This document shows positions 15,301 to 28,397 of a stretch of DNA of 64,000 bases, piece by piece (within the stretch, counting starts at the first letter, position 1; each line of letters opens with the position of its first letter). Both the position numbers and the translations under genes were made by a program. The notes under the pieces are model-generated. The model saw nothing but the letters and a program-made list of their open reading frames with translations, made no database searches and was not told where the DNA came from. Source of the DNA: Chrysomallon squamiferum (taxonomy: Eukaryota > Animalia > Mollusca); assembly GCA_012295275.1 (NCBI GenBank), contig CM022673.1:16492001-16556000 (forward strand). Reading direction: 5' to 3'.

Positions 15301-17232
15301 GAATTTTTCTTACATTTAGTGAAGAGAAATGTACATGAGTGTTCATCTTCTGTGAGAAATGTTTAAATAAATATTATTATTATCATTATAATCATATTTG
15401 TACTTATTATATAGTTTTCAAATAAAGATTATTAATATTATTATAAGGGATTTACCTTTTGGTCTTTGTGTTAACAAGAGTTCCTGCTCCGTTTTAAAAA
15501 GTCTTAACAAATTAACATTCTGCAACCTCTCCAGTTTAACAATCTCCAGATCTGCCTTATAGAAATCTGTGGCAATAGTTTCGTATTCATCTTGACCTGG
15601 ATATAGTTCATTCAGTGTATATAGCTGGCCTGATGCAGATGTTGGTATTTTGTCCTTGTTCCAGTTTTTAGGTATCCCATCATTATCAAAGGCGTAAGGT
15701 TTCAGAAAATCCATCAGAAGTCCATTTGTAAAAATTTTGTTTTCATCTAATTCTAAAGCTGTAGCAGCACTTGAATTTCTGCTGTCTGACTTGTAATCGT
15801 AATCTCTAGGAGGATGTCGTTTGGGTTGTGGACTCCGGTGGCCATTTTGATAACGTGTTTGAAGATGATCATCTTTTATTATTCCTCGTTCCATGAGCAC
15901 TCTGAGTTCGTAAGCAAAATCAGTCTCATCCTCCTCAACAGAAGCAGCAGCAGCAGCAGCCTCATCATGGTAGTCATGGTTACTTCTGTTTCTGTCATGC
16001 CTGTTTAGATAGGGTCTCTGAAAATTTTATATTTAACATGACATAAAGCATAATTTTCTCATTTGAATATGCTATGTTCTCAGTATCTGATATTAAAGAA
16101 AAAATTTAGTTTTACTGCTGAGAAATGTTCTATTCTATGCTTTGCTATTAGTCTAGACTGGACATACATACATACATATATATTTTGCTATTAATATTTC
16201 TTCTTTTTCTGACAACAGACAAAAAATGGCGTGCTTTGTGGGAAGTGATGATTACCCTTGGTTATTGAGCAACCTTTTTTAAGGTCTTCATGGACAAATG
16301 GTAATGTCATCCGCTTTCAAAGTGCAGATGAATGGGTATCACACGTTTGAGTCTCGTCAGTGGCATCTGACGGGTTTGTGAGGTCGTGATTGAACTTTGT
16401 CCTCCTGCACCAGTGCTTTACCGAATATTGTCTATATGCAGAGTCTAATCAGATGTACATAAAACAGGGAATATTCAAAATTCTAAACCACATAAATACA
16501 TTCTTAGATAGATGCATGAATACATACATACATACATACATTCATGTTACATTCTAAATAATATTTATATTTTTCTATTAATTTCTTCTTCTTTTTCTGT
16601 AATATGTAATAAACAGCTAAGAGAACTTAAACTGAAAATGTTTGAATTTATTTGTATTTACACCATATATTTTAATTAATTTTCATATCATCTGATCATT
16701 CACAGAGTCAAATGAGACAGTTCAAAACTTTGATCAGTTCGGTAATAACACAAGCACAATAAAAAAAAAACACCTATAAGTATGTTGAGTTCATCCTTAA
16801 ATACAGTTTACTGTATATTAAAAATTGAAACAAACCTCCAAAAAATTATTTTTACTATCGGATGTATCACTGGCAATCTCTTCGAGTTCGTCCTGCTCCA
16901 GACTCAGAGACTTGGCGAGGTCAATATCTCTCTTCAGACGTTCTAAATATGAAAAGAAAATTTTATAAAACAAACAAAATTCCTGTACATGGTTAAAAAC
17001 TCAGCAGCAAAATTAAACAAATACTTTTAACTTCACTCTACTGGATAAAATTCTAATTGCTAAAAATGCGTGATTTATGATGACATTTATCATGTCCATT
17101 TTTCTTCCACAAGCAAAACTGAATATCTTTATTGAAATACATCTTGCAAAAAGTCACAAATAAAAATATTTTTTTATTAAAAAAATTGTAAATAAAATTC
17201 TTAAGAAAATTTGAAACGATACTATTTCAGTG

Positions 17233-17277
<45 letters not shown>

Positions 17278-17453
17278 CGGTTACATATTGAAATATTATA
17301 AATTTCATATTAAACAAATATTGGCAATAAACCTTCTATCTCATTCTCTTTCTGCATTCTTTCCAGTTCAAATCTACGACGGATTTCTAAGTATGTGGTA
17401 TTGTCTGTATCTTCTGGAATCTGAGAATCTTCATCTGAATTATTATCTTCCAT
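9535..17453 (-). CDS. PARP/ADP-ribosyltransferase (tankyrase-like H-Y-E catalytic domain) with N-terminal UIM-like motif and C-terminal UBA-like domain, 598 aa, 11 coding exons
   Basis: Exons 17453-17333, 16942-16836, 16017-15456, 14851-14728, 13958-13856, 12711-12619, 11890-11668, 11402-11287, 10848-10786, 10111-10042 and 9749-9535 are all GT-AG and sum to 1797 nt with no internal stop. PARP motifs: IPKNW..QDEYETIATDF..KLERLQN, RYLYHGT, GLFGRGIYFSDNPKKCIQY, ILMCRVILG, YDSVKG, FNEFVVYENRRIMIEYIITF. UIM-like: ERLKRDIDLAKSLSLEQ. UBA-like: LITDFLSVTATDERDVAKLYLERCAMNLDQAISLYFE. Confidence 0.88.
14200..14700. repeat. Compound (TAG/TAA/TGG)n trinucleotide low-complexity tract in a PARP intron
   Basis: Runs of gtagtagta, ggtggtggt and aataataat. 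This explains the spurious poly-Thr and poly-His ORFs. Confidence 0.9.
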
Positions 17454-18513
17454 TAATTTAATGATCACAAATTCTGAAAGAAAAGAAAATCTTCACTTAC
17501 ATAATATGATTTCATAGGTGTTTTTCTTTTTATTTCCATAGTGTACTTTTTATTCATTTGTAAATAGTTTATTTCATTGTTTTTCTTTGTATTTCAAATT
17601 GTAGCTTTCCAATAGTCCAATTAACATAAAATAAATGTGTGAAACACAATAATTTCAAATCATTTAAGGTTCAAATACGTTCTTGAACATTTGAATAAGA
17701 AGGTGAGGTATATATACATTTTAGTGACAGTACAAATACCAGACCATTTACTTGGTATACTGTCTTTTGAAGTGCATTAATTTGTATGTGTTAAATATAT
17801 TACTGGGTTTTTTTTTTCTTTTCTTTTCATTGTTTATTTTATATATATATTAAGTTTGATCCAGAAAATATAATAATGTAAAAATATATGGTCATTTGTG
17901 GTCCCACACTTGCTGCATAAATGGTGTGAATTAACAATTTAAAGGATTAGTTAGAAAAGATTGCAACTGCCCTTTTTAGGTATTATGACTCAGAAGCTGA
18001 TTAATATTATGTTATGTATTTGATAATTCAAATTAGTTCTAGTGAAATCATTGGCAAGAATTATAAAATTGAAATCTCCAAAAATTTTAATTTATAATCC
18101 GTATACTTGCAAACATAAAAATTTAAGTTTAAGCTAGTTTTTCTGAAAACGGATTATATCCCTTTCATTAAAACTAAATTATCTTTCACTTGTTTACAAA
18201 ATACATTTCCATTTATGCAAATTATATGAACATTTTAAAAGAAACTCATATACAAAGCATAATTTGGTAACTCGAGGACTAGTTGTTATTTGACAATAAA
18301 ATTAAGTAACTAAATTTTAATATACAAAAACATTATTTTGATTCTCAGAATCAGAAACCAGGAAAAGAGTTACCAGTTAATATAAACAAATTATATAATT
18401 ACTTCTTATCATTTAAGAAATTATGTAATTTTATTGTTATTTTTAAATTATCTCATTAGTTATGCAAGAAAATAAAATTAAAAAATTAAATTAAAGTTAT
18501 TGAAATATCTGAC

Positions 18514-18874
18514 CTTTAATATAAATAATTTTTTTATCGAGTGTCGTTCTCTCTTCCAGGAAACGATAATTGTCTCTAGAGTTATCTTTCTTTGCTGAAA
18601 ATCAGCTTCGAATCCACCCAAGTTTAAAACTTGAAAACAAATATCAAACAGTTTCCAAAATAAAATTCTTTACATTTTATTCCTCAGAATAAAATAAAAT
18701 TCTATTCTTAAAGTGTTTTTGAGGTAAATAAATCAGTATTGGCAGATGTGATAAAAAAATGACTTTGAGTTAGATTGCTTTTTATGGAGGAAATTACCAA
18801 TATTGAAAAATTGTGCTTGCTCAACTTCCTCTTAGTTCCAACACGTGTGGCTTGACAGCATTATGTAGTCCATC
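18514..18874. promoter_or_regulatory. Probable bidirectional promoter and first-exon region shared by the PARP gene (-) and the Acl4-like gene (+)
   Basis: A minus-strand donor-like GTCAG at about 18513-18509 suggests a non-coding first exon upstream of the acceptor at about 17474. The Acl4-like ATG is at 18875. There is local CpG enrichment and a CACGTG E-box at 18842. TSS positions are inferred. Confidence 0.5.
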
Positions 18875-21800
18875 ATGCCGAAAAACAAATTTAAAAAGAA
18901 GTCTGGAACAAACCTTGGTATAACATGTTTCATATCAGGCTATATTGTTATTAGTATTAATAAACATGAAATAAAAACATTCTCGATATTTAAAATATCT
19001 CTGCTAGGCAAAAATTTGTTTGCACATAGTACATACACACGTTGATGATTGGTCATGATCATAATTCATTCGTTGTTTGAAAACTTCTAGTACTTTTATC
19101 ACTAGCCGATGTTTTTAAATCTTATTAATTAGGTATGGAAATAAGTGGGTTTTTTTAAATATAAATTTTAGGATACTTATTTTCACTCAAGTAGCTCATA
19201 ATGTCTGGTAGGGCTTTATCGACGTAATCTCTAAAGACTAAACATTTAAAATATTGTTTATATGATGAGGTCATGTAAAACTGAAAAAGAAGATTAAATA
19301 CATACGTACATACATACATGCATACATATATTCAGAGTTATCACAAAAAATATATCTTACAAAGTTCAGTTTCATAATTACATAGGTTATTCAAAAAAAT
19401 TTCAGATGATCGAAAGAAAACTTTAAGAGAAGCTGCTCGTGCATTACAAGAAAGTAAACAGCAGAAAACTAAAAAGGACACACCAAAATATTCAATTGAC
19501 CAACTTCTTGATAAGGTATTATTATCATGTTTTAAAAATATTGCATTCACAAGAATGTAGTGATTGAAACATACATATTCTTTTATGACAGCTTCCTAGT
19601 TACTTGGATATGAAATAATCATGAGTGGGTTGAAATGTTTGAATTCCACACTGAATAGTATTTTCTGTTAATACTTAGGTTTTGAAAACAAAAAGTTCAT
19701 TTGCTTTAACTAAAAGATAGTGCTTTAAATAATTGTAGTTTTAAGAAAAATTTTCTTGGAAGTAAAACAAAATGGTCCTGATTAAGATAATAATTTTAGA
19801 AATAATAAAAGGATATTAGATATTTAATATGCATTTAAAAGTTATTTTGAATTTAAATATGTATAAAGTCATATTAATAAAACAAATATTTTATTACAAA
19901 TTATCTTAACAATTGTTTAGTGAATGACTTGTTAAATAGTGTGGATTCAAACTTTTCTGTACTTTCGTTTTTGATATAATAGCTCAATTTTAAATTATTA
20001 ATATTACTGTTATTTTAATTTTTAAATTCAATATTTATTATTATAATTTTTCTTTTTAGTTTTTTAATATAAATTCTTATTTATTATTATAATTATTTAG
20101 GCTAAAGGGGAAAGATACTGTTCATATAATTTCATTTTAAATTAAATTATAATTATTTCAATTTGTTAAAGGCAGAGGAATGTATCAATGAGTTTCAGTA
20201 TGAAACTGCTCAGAAGTTCTGTCAGAGAGCCTTGGAGATTGAACCTGACAATGTTCGCACTCTGGAAACTACTGGAAATCTGTTGATGGAAGTTGGAGAC
20301 ATAGAGGCTGCTAAACAGGTTTGTTTTTGGTTTTTTTAGGTTGTTTTTTTTCATTTTTCCTTGTAAATGAATAATACCATCTCATATTCATTCTTGTATT
20401 CTATATATTTTGGTAAATAATCTTTTTACCTAGAACCTTAACTGAAAATCTATTTGTGTATATGTGTGTGTATGTCTGCTTGTTTACATGCATATTTGTA
20501 AAATATATTAGAATTAGTTATTTTATTATGCTGTAATATTACTTTGATTTTGTCTGGGAATTATTGACTATATTATCAGATTAACAAGAAATGTTAACTG
20601 TATTTTAGTACATGTATGCGTGACCGTCACTAACTTGTGTGTGAAATATGTTCCAGTGTTTTGGAAGAGCAGTTGAGGTGTGTCCAGAAACTGGTTATGC
20701 TAAGTACATGTGTCTAGGCCAGTTATTTGAAGGTGGTCAAGCTGTTGAGTGCTATCAAAAAGGAATTGAACTCATGGTCAAAGAAAAACAGGAACAGCAG
20801 TCTCAAGAGGTTATCAGTTATATATATATAAAAAAAAGTTAATAATAATAAAGAAGATAAAATGGTATTTGGTGTGTGTATTTAAATTGATAATTATTAT
20901 TTATTTTTGATAAAAAAAAATATTTTAAAAAGATTTAATCTATTAAAGAGGAGAAACTTATATAAATCTATTTTTGTATTTCAGACTGTATCAGATGTTT
21001 TATCAAACATTAAGTTTACTTTATCCTCTTGTACTAAAATAAAACATTAAATTTACCCTTTATCATATTCAGTCTCTGTTACTCCTTCTTTAACTGTAAA
21101 ATCTTAAATATTTTGGGAATATTTTTATATTTATGTTTTAAAAACAGTTAGATATAATATATTATATAGATAAATAGATAGATGAATAGATAGATAGATA
21201 CAGATGCATTAATTAAAATATTTTACATTTGTTAGATTGCTGCTGCATGTAGAGATGGAGATGAAGTAACAGATTTAGATATATCCAATGCTTACTGTGC
21301 TATTGGTGAAATCTATATGACAGATCTTTGGTAATATTTTCATAACAGATTGCATTGAAAACATTCCCTTAAATGTTTCAGAACTCTCAAATCATGCTGT
21401 TTGTGATCAGACTTATATAATTTGAAACATAATTAATTAACAAAAAATTGTTTAATTAAGCAGAATAGTAAATTATATTCTTTTATTTTTTTCTAAAACT
21501 TAATTTTCAAACTACATCTACTTAAGTAAAGATAGATATTGACTTTTAAAAATACATATAATCAAATTATGAGTATAAATGTATAAATTTAACTTTCTTT
21601 TTTATTATTATTATTTTTTTCAGTTTTGAGGAAGATGCTGAAAAGAATTGTGAGGAGATTGTAGAAAAAGCTATAGCTGCTGACAAAGAAAACCCAGAAG
21701 CTTTTCAGCTGAAGGCAAACTTTCTCTTGTCAAAAGACAAGAAAGAGGTGAGTTAAACAGACAGTACTGAGTGTAGTCAAGATAAAAGGTTTTCCAGTAA

Positions 21801-24319
21801 GTATAAAAAAACAAGATGAAATTCTCATCAATTTTAGTGGTATATTTTTCATATTTGCTGGAGTTGTCTTAATGTTTGAGTATAGTGGTATTATTAAGGT
21901 ATATGATATAGCAATACATCCTTCACTTATTATTGTTTCATCTTCATTTTAAGACATAGTGTTCTTGGATTGAAGTGGTATTAGCATCCTAAACTGACAG
22001 AGGTAATAATAAGTTGGATTCTGGTCAGAAAAGTAACATATTCTTCAAATCTGTACTATAATCATACAGTAGTGGTTGTAATATCTGTACCATTAATATA
22101 AAAGTTTGCTTGTGTCATTAGTGAAGCATTAATTCATTCCTATTGTGATACAGTCCATAATTCTGAATATTTACATCTTGCAGGAAGCTAGAGATGCAAT
22201 AAAGCAGAGTGTATCACTGTGGTTACCAAAACTACAAGCAGTGGAAAGTGGAGATATACCTGATGAACAGTTTGACCCAGTGCAGGTAAGAGGTTCATAT
22301 TAAATTCATAAATTTGTAATGTTGTGTTTTCAAAGCACTTAGATTATAAACATTTATTTATTTATTATATATTTAAAAATAAAATTTCATTCCATTATAA
22401 TTGTTCCAGATGTTTCAGATTTATATTAAAGTAAAAAATTTAAGTTTGTAAGTTTACTCTCAGTGCCTTCTGAAAATTAAGTAACAACTTAAAGTATTTT
22501 TTTATTATTTTTTTTTAAATTAAAACTATTTTCATTATAATTACTTAGACATTTCTAAAGACCTCATTTATTTAAGAAAATAAACTTGAAAATATTTTGT
22601 CGATAAAAAAGAAAAATGGAACATTCAAAAAACAAATTTAAAAAAACAACACTTTTATTATGTATGTGACTAGAGATGCAGTTGAAACTATTAATTATCT
22701 CATTTTTATATAATTTTTAAAATTTTCAAGACTGTTGCCATAACATACGATAGCAGAGTTTCTGCAGGAAAAATTCTTATTGAAGTTGAAGAGCATGAGG
22801 TAATTCCTTTTTCTTTTCATAAATAGAATTATCTGTTATATTTCTGAATTCTGTTAAACGATATATTTTAACACCATTAGAACCTGATTTATGTCCTGTT
22901 TTAGAATGCTACAGTATAAAAGTTCTGGTTGGAATGGGAAATTATATGCTTTTTTTTTGCTTTTTTTCTTCAGACTGCAATGGAAGTTTTGGAGTCGTTG
23001 CTTGATGAAGATGATGAAGTGTGTCAGGTGTGGTACTTGTTGGGTTGGGCTAACTTCTTACAAGGAGAGGATTACAAGGGAAATGCCAGGTATTACTTGA
23101 AAAAGGCAAAACAGGTGAGACATTTGTAAATATGTTAACAAACCACACACACACACACATCAGTTTTAGTGATATATTTTTCCTATTTGCTGTAGTTGTC
23201 TTAATGTTTGAGTATAGTGGTATTATTAAGGTGTGTGTGTGTGTGTGTGTTGTGTAGTTGTGCGTGTGTGTGCGTGCGTGGGTACACACGAGAGAGAGAC
23301 ATCTGAAAATAAATCAAATAATGGACATCAATTTATTTATTTTTAATTTATTACCAGAAAATGCTACAATATTGGCAGGATTATTTACTTCTTAATATTA
23401 AAATATTTTACAATGTTGTTTATAAAACCATTAGTCTTGTTAATCATATTAAAATGTTGTAAATGTTTTAAATGCAAAGTTGACCTAATTTTAATTTTTC
23501 TTTTTGTATCTGAACATTAATTTTTTTTATTATGAGCCAGTGTTAATAATTATAAATTGCCTTGGTTTTTATCTGGTTAAGTTTATGAAGGAGAACAAAG
23601 GATAGTAGCTGTGAAATAGTGTCTTGTGTTTTAAATTTCAGATTTATCACAAGGTCAAAATGAATGATGAAGAACTTCTGAAACACATGGAAGAAATGCT
23701 TCAAGAATTGGGGCCTGGTAATATATATGTATTTTTTTTAATAATGCCAACTTAACTTAATTGGCAATAATAACATAATAATAATAATAGCTTAACCATT
23801 TCTTGATCTATAATTAAGGACATTTTTTTTTTGTGTTATTAATATATTTAAGATATAAATTTTTTATCTTCAGTACAAATATTAAAATTAGAATGTTAAT
23901 GTCATAAGGATAAGAAATTGTTGAATTCAAAGAGAGAGAAAAACAACTGTTTCCTTAAATTCACTCACTGGTAATAAGTTATTTCATAACTTGAATTTAG
24001 TATCAGTAAACTGAAAACCAAGTAATTATTTTAAATCACTTGAGAACAGAAACATGACTGGAATATATGACATGGGAAGTATCCAAATGGATTTATTGCA
24101 TCAGTTTTCAGAAATAGTTTGAAAGGTAAAGCAATCTTTATTTCAAATCATCTGATTTTGAAACAACTTATTTTCCTTTCTGCACATCTGTATATAAACT
24201 TTAAAATCATGTGTATTTCAGGAGATGAAGATGATGGTGATGATGATGATGACGATAAAGATAATCCTGGTGAAGATTTGGAACCTCAAAGTTCTGATGA
24301 GGAAGCAATGGAACATTAA
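18875..24319 (+). CDS. TPR-repeat protein, probable assembly chaperone of RPL4 (Acl4-like), 11 exons
   Basis: In-phase exons 18875-18917, 19406-19515, 20172-20318, 20657-20809, 21236-21330, 21624-21747, 22184-22285, 22731-22799, 22974-23114, 23642-23717 and 24222-24319. TPR helices (AQKFCQRALEIEPDNVRTLETTG; AKYMCLGQL), Acl4-type motifs SNAYCAIGEIYMTDLCFEEDAE and DEDDEVCQVWYLLGW, a basic N-terminus and an acidic C-tail. Confidence 0.8.
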
Positions 24320-25072
24320 GATCACTGGACAGATAGTAACATAAGACAACATATGACAGAAATATTCATGTGGATAAACTGTTGTTACATCTTGGATGTT
24401 ATCAGTGATAATAAAGACATTTATAGATATTTTCACATTTTTGTTTTTATATAAGATAAATAATTTTATACAAATAAATCAAAAATATTTTATCTGATAA
24501 CAGATTTTTAAATAACTTTAAAAAACAAATTCTTACAGAGGATTAATATATATGTGGATAACAATGGAATTTATAAACATTACAGCATTTTTGTTCTTAA
24601 ATACATAATATATATAATGCTGAATACATCCTTATAGATTTTGTGAAATGGGCTGATGTTGTGTTAGTGAAATAAAGTAATCTTTCATGTAGCTTTTAGT
24701 ATGTGAAATAAAGCTAAACTCCACACTGTTCAAATTGTGCACATTCACAAAAAAAGATTTTGCCTTGTGTAAATATGTATATAAATAATAAAGATAATTT
24801 TTATATCATTCATTTATTTCCATATTACCTGCATTTCTGTCTACAGAAATAAATATAGTGTCAACTTATTTTGTTTCCACCAGTGGAATATAATTACATT
24901 AATATCATCTTTATTAGGAGTTAATTTACTGGTCTGGAATAATGGTGGAATGTTAAACACGTGCCAGCACCATGCTGCACTGAGGAGTACATCATGTAAT
25001 GGTAGACTGTACAGTCTTTGAGGATTGCACAGTATGACACTGCACATGTGATTGGGAAATATATTACAACAG

Positions 25073-28000
25073 TCAGACTCTGTTTTCACTTTGCTGTTGT
25101 AAAGCTTCTACTTTGTCAAGAACCTGATGTACAAACGGCCTCTCTGCAGCATTCACAGTCATCATCCATAATATCATTTTCTCCAATGATTTGGAATATC
25201 TGCAATATAAATGTTAAGGATGTTTCTCACAAAGAATTAAATTACTAAACACAAGAACTAATTTTTGTGCCATGCCTTCAAGATTTAACTTTTCAAACTC
25301 TGATTTAGATTCCATTATTATTATTTTAAATTGTAAAATATAAAATATTTTTACCCAGAATTCTCTGGAAATTTCACATTTCCTCCAACTGTAGCAAGTG
25401 CCACACTGTCTCCACGCTGATAAACTTTTTCAAATGGAGATTCAAGAAATGCCATTCCATACAGAACACAACCAAGTGACTGAAAAACAAACATTTAAAT
25501 AACACATGTAGTCCGAGTATAATTAAAGACACCTTGTCAACATATACTGAAAATTGTAATAGAGAAATAAATGTAAATACATTCTGGATGTATATTAAAT
25601 ATATTATATATGTATTGTATATTTACCCATACATCTGTCCGTTCATCTATATCTGCATTCATGTCCACTTGAAACAATTCTGGGGCTCTGTACATTATAG
25701 AGCATCTTTCTTCTGCTATATCCTTACATAAAAATTTAGAAAACAATTTTAATACAAGGATGACACCTTATTTCTATATAATTTTATGAAACAAACCAAA
25801 AACAGTTGTAGTATTTTGAGCAGCAAATATTAATATTATTATTTTACATATATATTTATTTATTATACATAAAATGAAAAATGACATATTTCTTTATAGA
25901 TGATCCTATTATGTTTTAAATTCTGGGACACAAACTGAAAATGAACTTCACTTGTAAATGAGTTGCATCCCTTGATGTTCTAACTTCCACTCTAGCTTTG
26001 GCCGCTGAACCAAAATCCATAATTACTGGAGTTTCATCTTCAGCTATCATCACATTGGCAGGTTTTAAATCCCTGACAAAATAAAAATTAGTTTTTTCCT
26101 TCTTTTTAACAGAAAGATGAAATCACATCCCCAATAACCAAAGTAATGTAAATCATGTACTACTACTGAAAAAGAGGACAAGAGAACTTTACATGTAATC
26201 TAATTTATTACTTTTTAATCTGAATATATATCAGAAATGGAAATCCTGATGTCATGCAATGAGCTAACACTGCACATAACCAACTAAGAACTTCAGATGA
26301 AAGATTGCGTCATTTCAATCAGTATATGTAAAGAAGAAGAATTTATTGTAAAGAATAACTGAATTCATGTTTTTCTTAACTGAAAGTTCAATCTTTATAG
26401 ATCAAACACTCACACACAAATTTATTTGTTAAAGATATAAAATCTTGTACCTATGAGCATATGGAGGATTGTGGTTATGCATGATGTTTACGCCATTACA
26501 TATTCCATGAAATAATCTCCATATCTTTTCTTCAGCCATTTTTTCTGATTTCTTGGCCAGAAATTCCATTCTGTCTTGTATGGAACCTTTCTGTGTAAGA
26601 GTAAAGTATTTTAATTTTTTTAATTTTGTTGTCGATCTAAACCTTTATCTATATAATTAACACATGATATAAGTTAATGATAGTAAAAAAAAAAGATAAG
26701 TTTTACTCAAATATTCATTTTTCTTATTTTTCCTTTGCATACTTTTATTTTAATTTTAAATTAATATATATTTCAAAACCAAAGCAGGACTCTGAACATG
26801 AAAGTGGTATTCTGAAATTTTTTGAAAACATCATAACTTCCAAACATTGCTCTATATTACGAACCATCTTATCCAGTTATTGCATTCTGTTAATACTTCA
26901 TGGTTTTCACTGAGAATAAGAGTTAATAACCATGCATCTGCTTGTCAGTTGTTGTGGGATTTTTATCTGTGGCATCACTGTTAACATTTTATTTCATGAG
27001 CAACATCAGATGAAAGAATTTCAACATCAGTTCGTCAGTGTTGATAATACATACTCTGTATATGCCATTCCTATCAACTTTTCACTAACAATCTGTCTAT
27101 AAGAATAACAGTTTTTTATTGTTGATAATAGTGACTGTGAAAGATAGTTTCAACATCAATTTGTTAGTGTTGATAATACTTACTCTGTAATAAGTCATCA
27201 CTATCAACACTTCACTGACAATATCAACAGTTTGAGAGTGATAATTGACAGGAACCATGTTGTATTCTTCCAGTGGAATTATGTTCTGGTGGCGGAATGT
27301 TCTCATTATTTCTACTTCTTGCATCGCTTGTCTTTCTTCATCTTTTGTGTGACATGTGATACGTTTCAGAGCAAACAGCTGCTTTGAATGAGCATCTTCA
27401 ACTAGATCAACATAACTGAATCCTCTACAATGATGAAATAGAGGTAAATTGTTTCTGAATATTGAAAATTATTAAATAATGTGTCCCAAAAGTTACTTCA
27501 CTTCAATACTATTTTATTAGCACGGACATAATTCAAGTAAATAAAATGTACATCAGGTTATATTTTTGATAAATGAAATTAAATCATATAAAAAATCAAC
27601 TGAATTAAAGCAACTGTTCAAAATGGCCTCCTTCTTTCCCTAAACAGAGCAGGCATTTTTTATACACAGAGTGCAAACTCATTATAAAATAATGTTACAG
27701 TAAAGTAACTTTTGTGCTATATACAAACCTTTATATAGATAAATAAATATATATATATTGAAAAATAAATAAAATAAAGGACGTTTCTTATTATGCTTTT
27801 ATTTATTCATTGATGTAACATTAAAATTATTCATTTTCTTTACTGTTAAACCTAAAAATATATTTTACAATAATTCATGTTAAAATAGTTAATACTTTTT
27901 TTTATCAAATGTTGACCTGATTTAAACTCAAGTTCATTTTAATATAAATAAATAAATAAATAATATGCATTAAAAATGTTTATTGTATATTAAGATGAAT

Positions 28001-28397
28001 TATTTAATGGGTAAAATACTCATTTTCTTTAAAAACTGATTGCATTTCATAGCTTTGACCAAAAGAAGATTATTTAAAAATATTTATAAAATAAAATAAT
28101 TTTTTAAAATAAAAAGATAGGAATGGAAATAGAAGTTTTAAAAAACAAACATAAAAAAAAATTAAGTAATAAGCTAAATTATTTATTTATTTATTTATTT
28201 AGTTAGTTGGTTAATTAATAAATAATATTAAAACTAAACTAAATCAGGTGAACATATATTTAAAAGTATTTCCAATAATTATTTTAATATTATAATAAGA
28301 AAACAAAACAAAATTGCAACCCTTCTCCAAGCCTAGATTTAATGTAAAATCTGCGTCCATTAATATCTAAAGCTTCTTTGCCACAGACACATCCCAT
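25073..28397 (-). CDS. STK16: Serine/threonine kinase 16 (MPSK1, NAK family), 7 coding exons
   Basis: Exons 28397-28321, 27424-27184, 26590-26451, 26072-25952, 25722-25627, 25479-25355 and 25199-25073. N-terminal MGCVCG lipidation motif, LGEGGFSYVDLV, FALKRI, HRDLKPANV, MDFGSA, AEERCSIMYRAPELF, IDERTDVWSLGC and RGDSVALA. Confidence 0.93.
27481..27720. mobile_element. Small Tc1/mariner-derived non-autonomous element (MITE-like relic) in STK16 intron 1
   Basis: Imperfect terminal inverted repeat CAAAAGTTACTT(C/T)AC at about 27487 and about 27700-27714. Internal minus-strand GGAGGCCATTTTGAACAG (GGHFEQ, a typical Tc1/mariner transposase C-terminal motif) at 27614-27631. Confidence 0.5.

Noticed and set aside
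16340-16372. Hammerhead ribozyme core (CTGACGAG on the minus strand)
   Set aside because: No paired stem II followed by GAAA and no convincing stem III or cleavage triplet.
16256-16444. Selenocysteine or readthrough exon (one frame has a single TGA)
   Set aside because: That frame ends in phase 1 while the next exon needs phase 0. Exon 2 (ending 16836) splices directly in phase to 16017, and no SECIS was identified.
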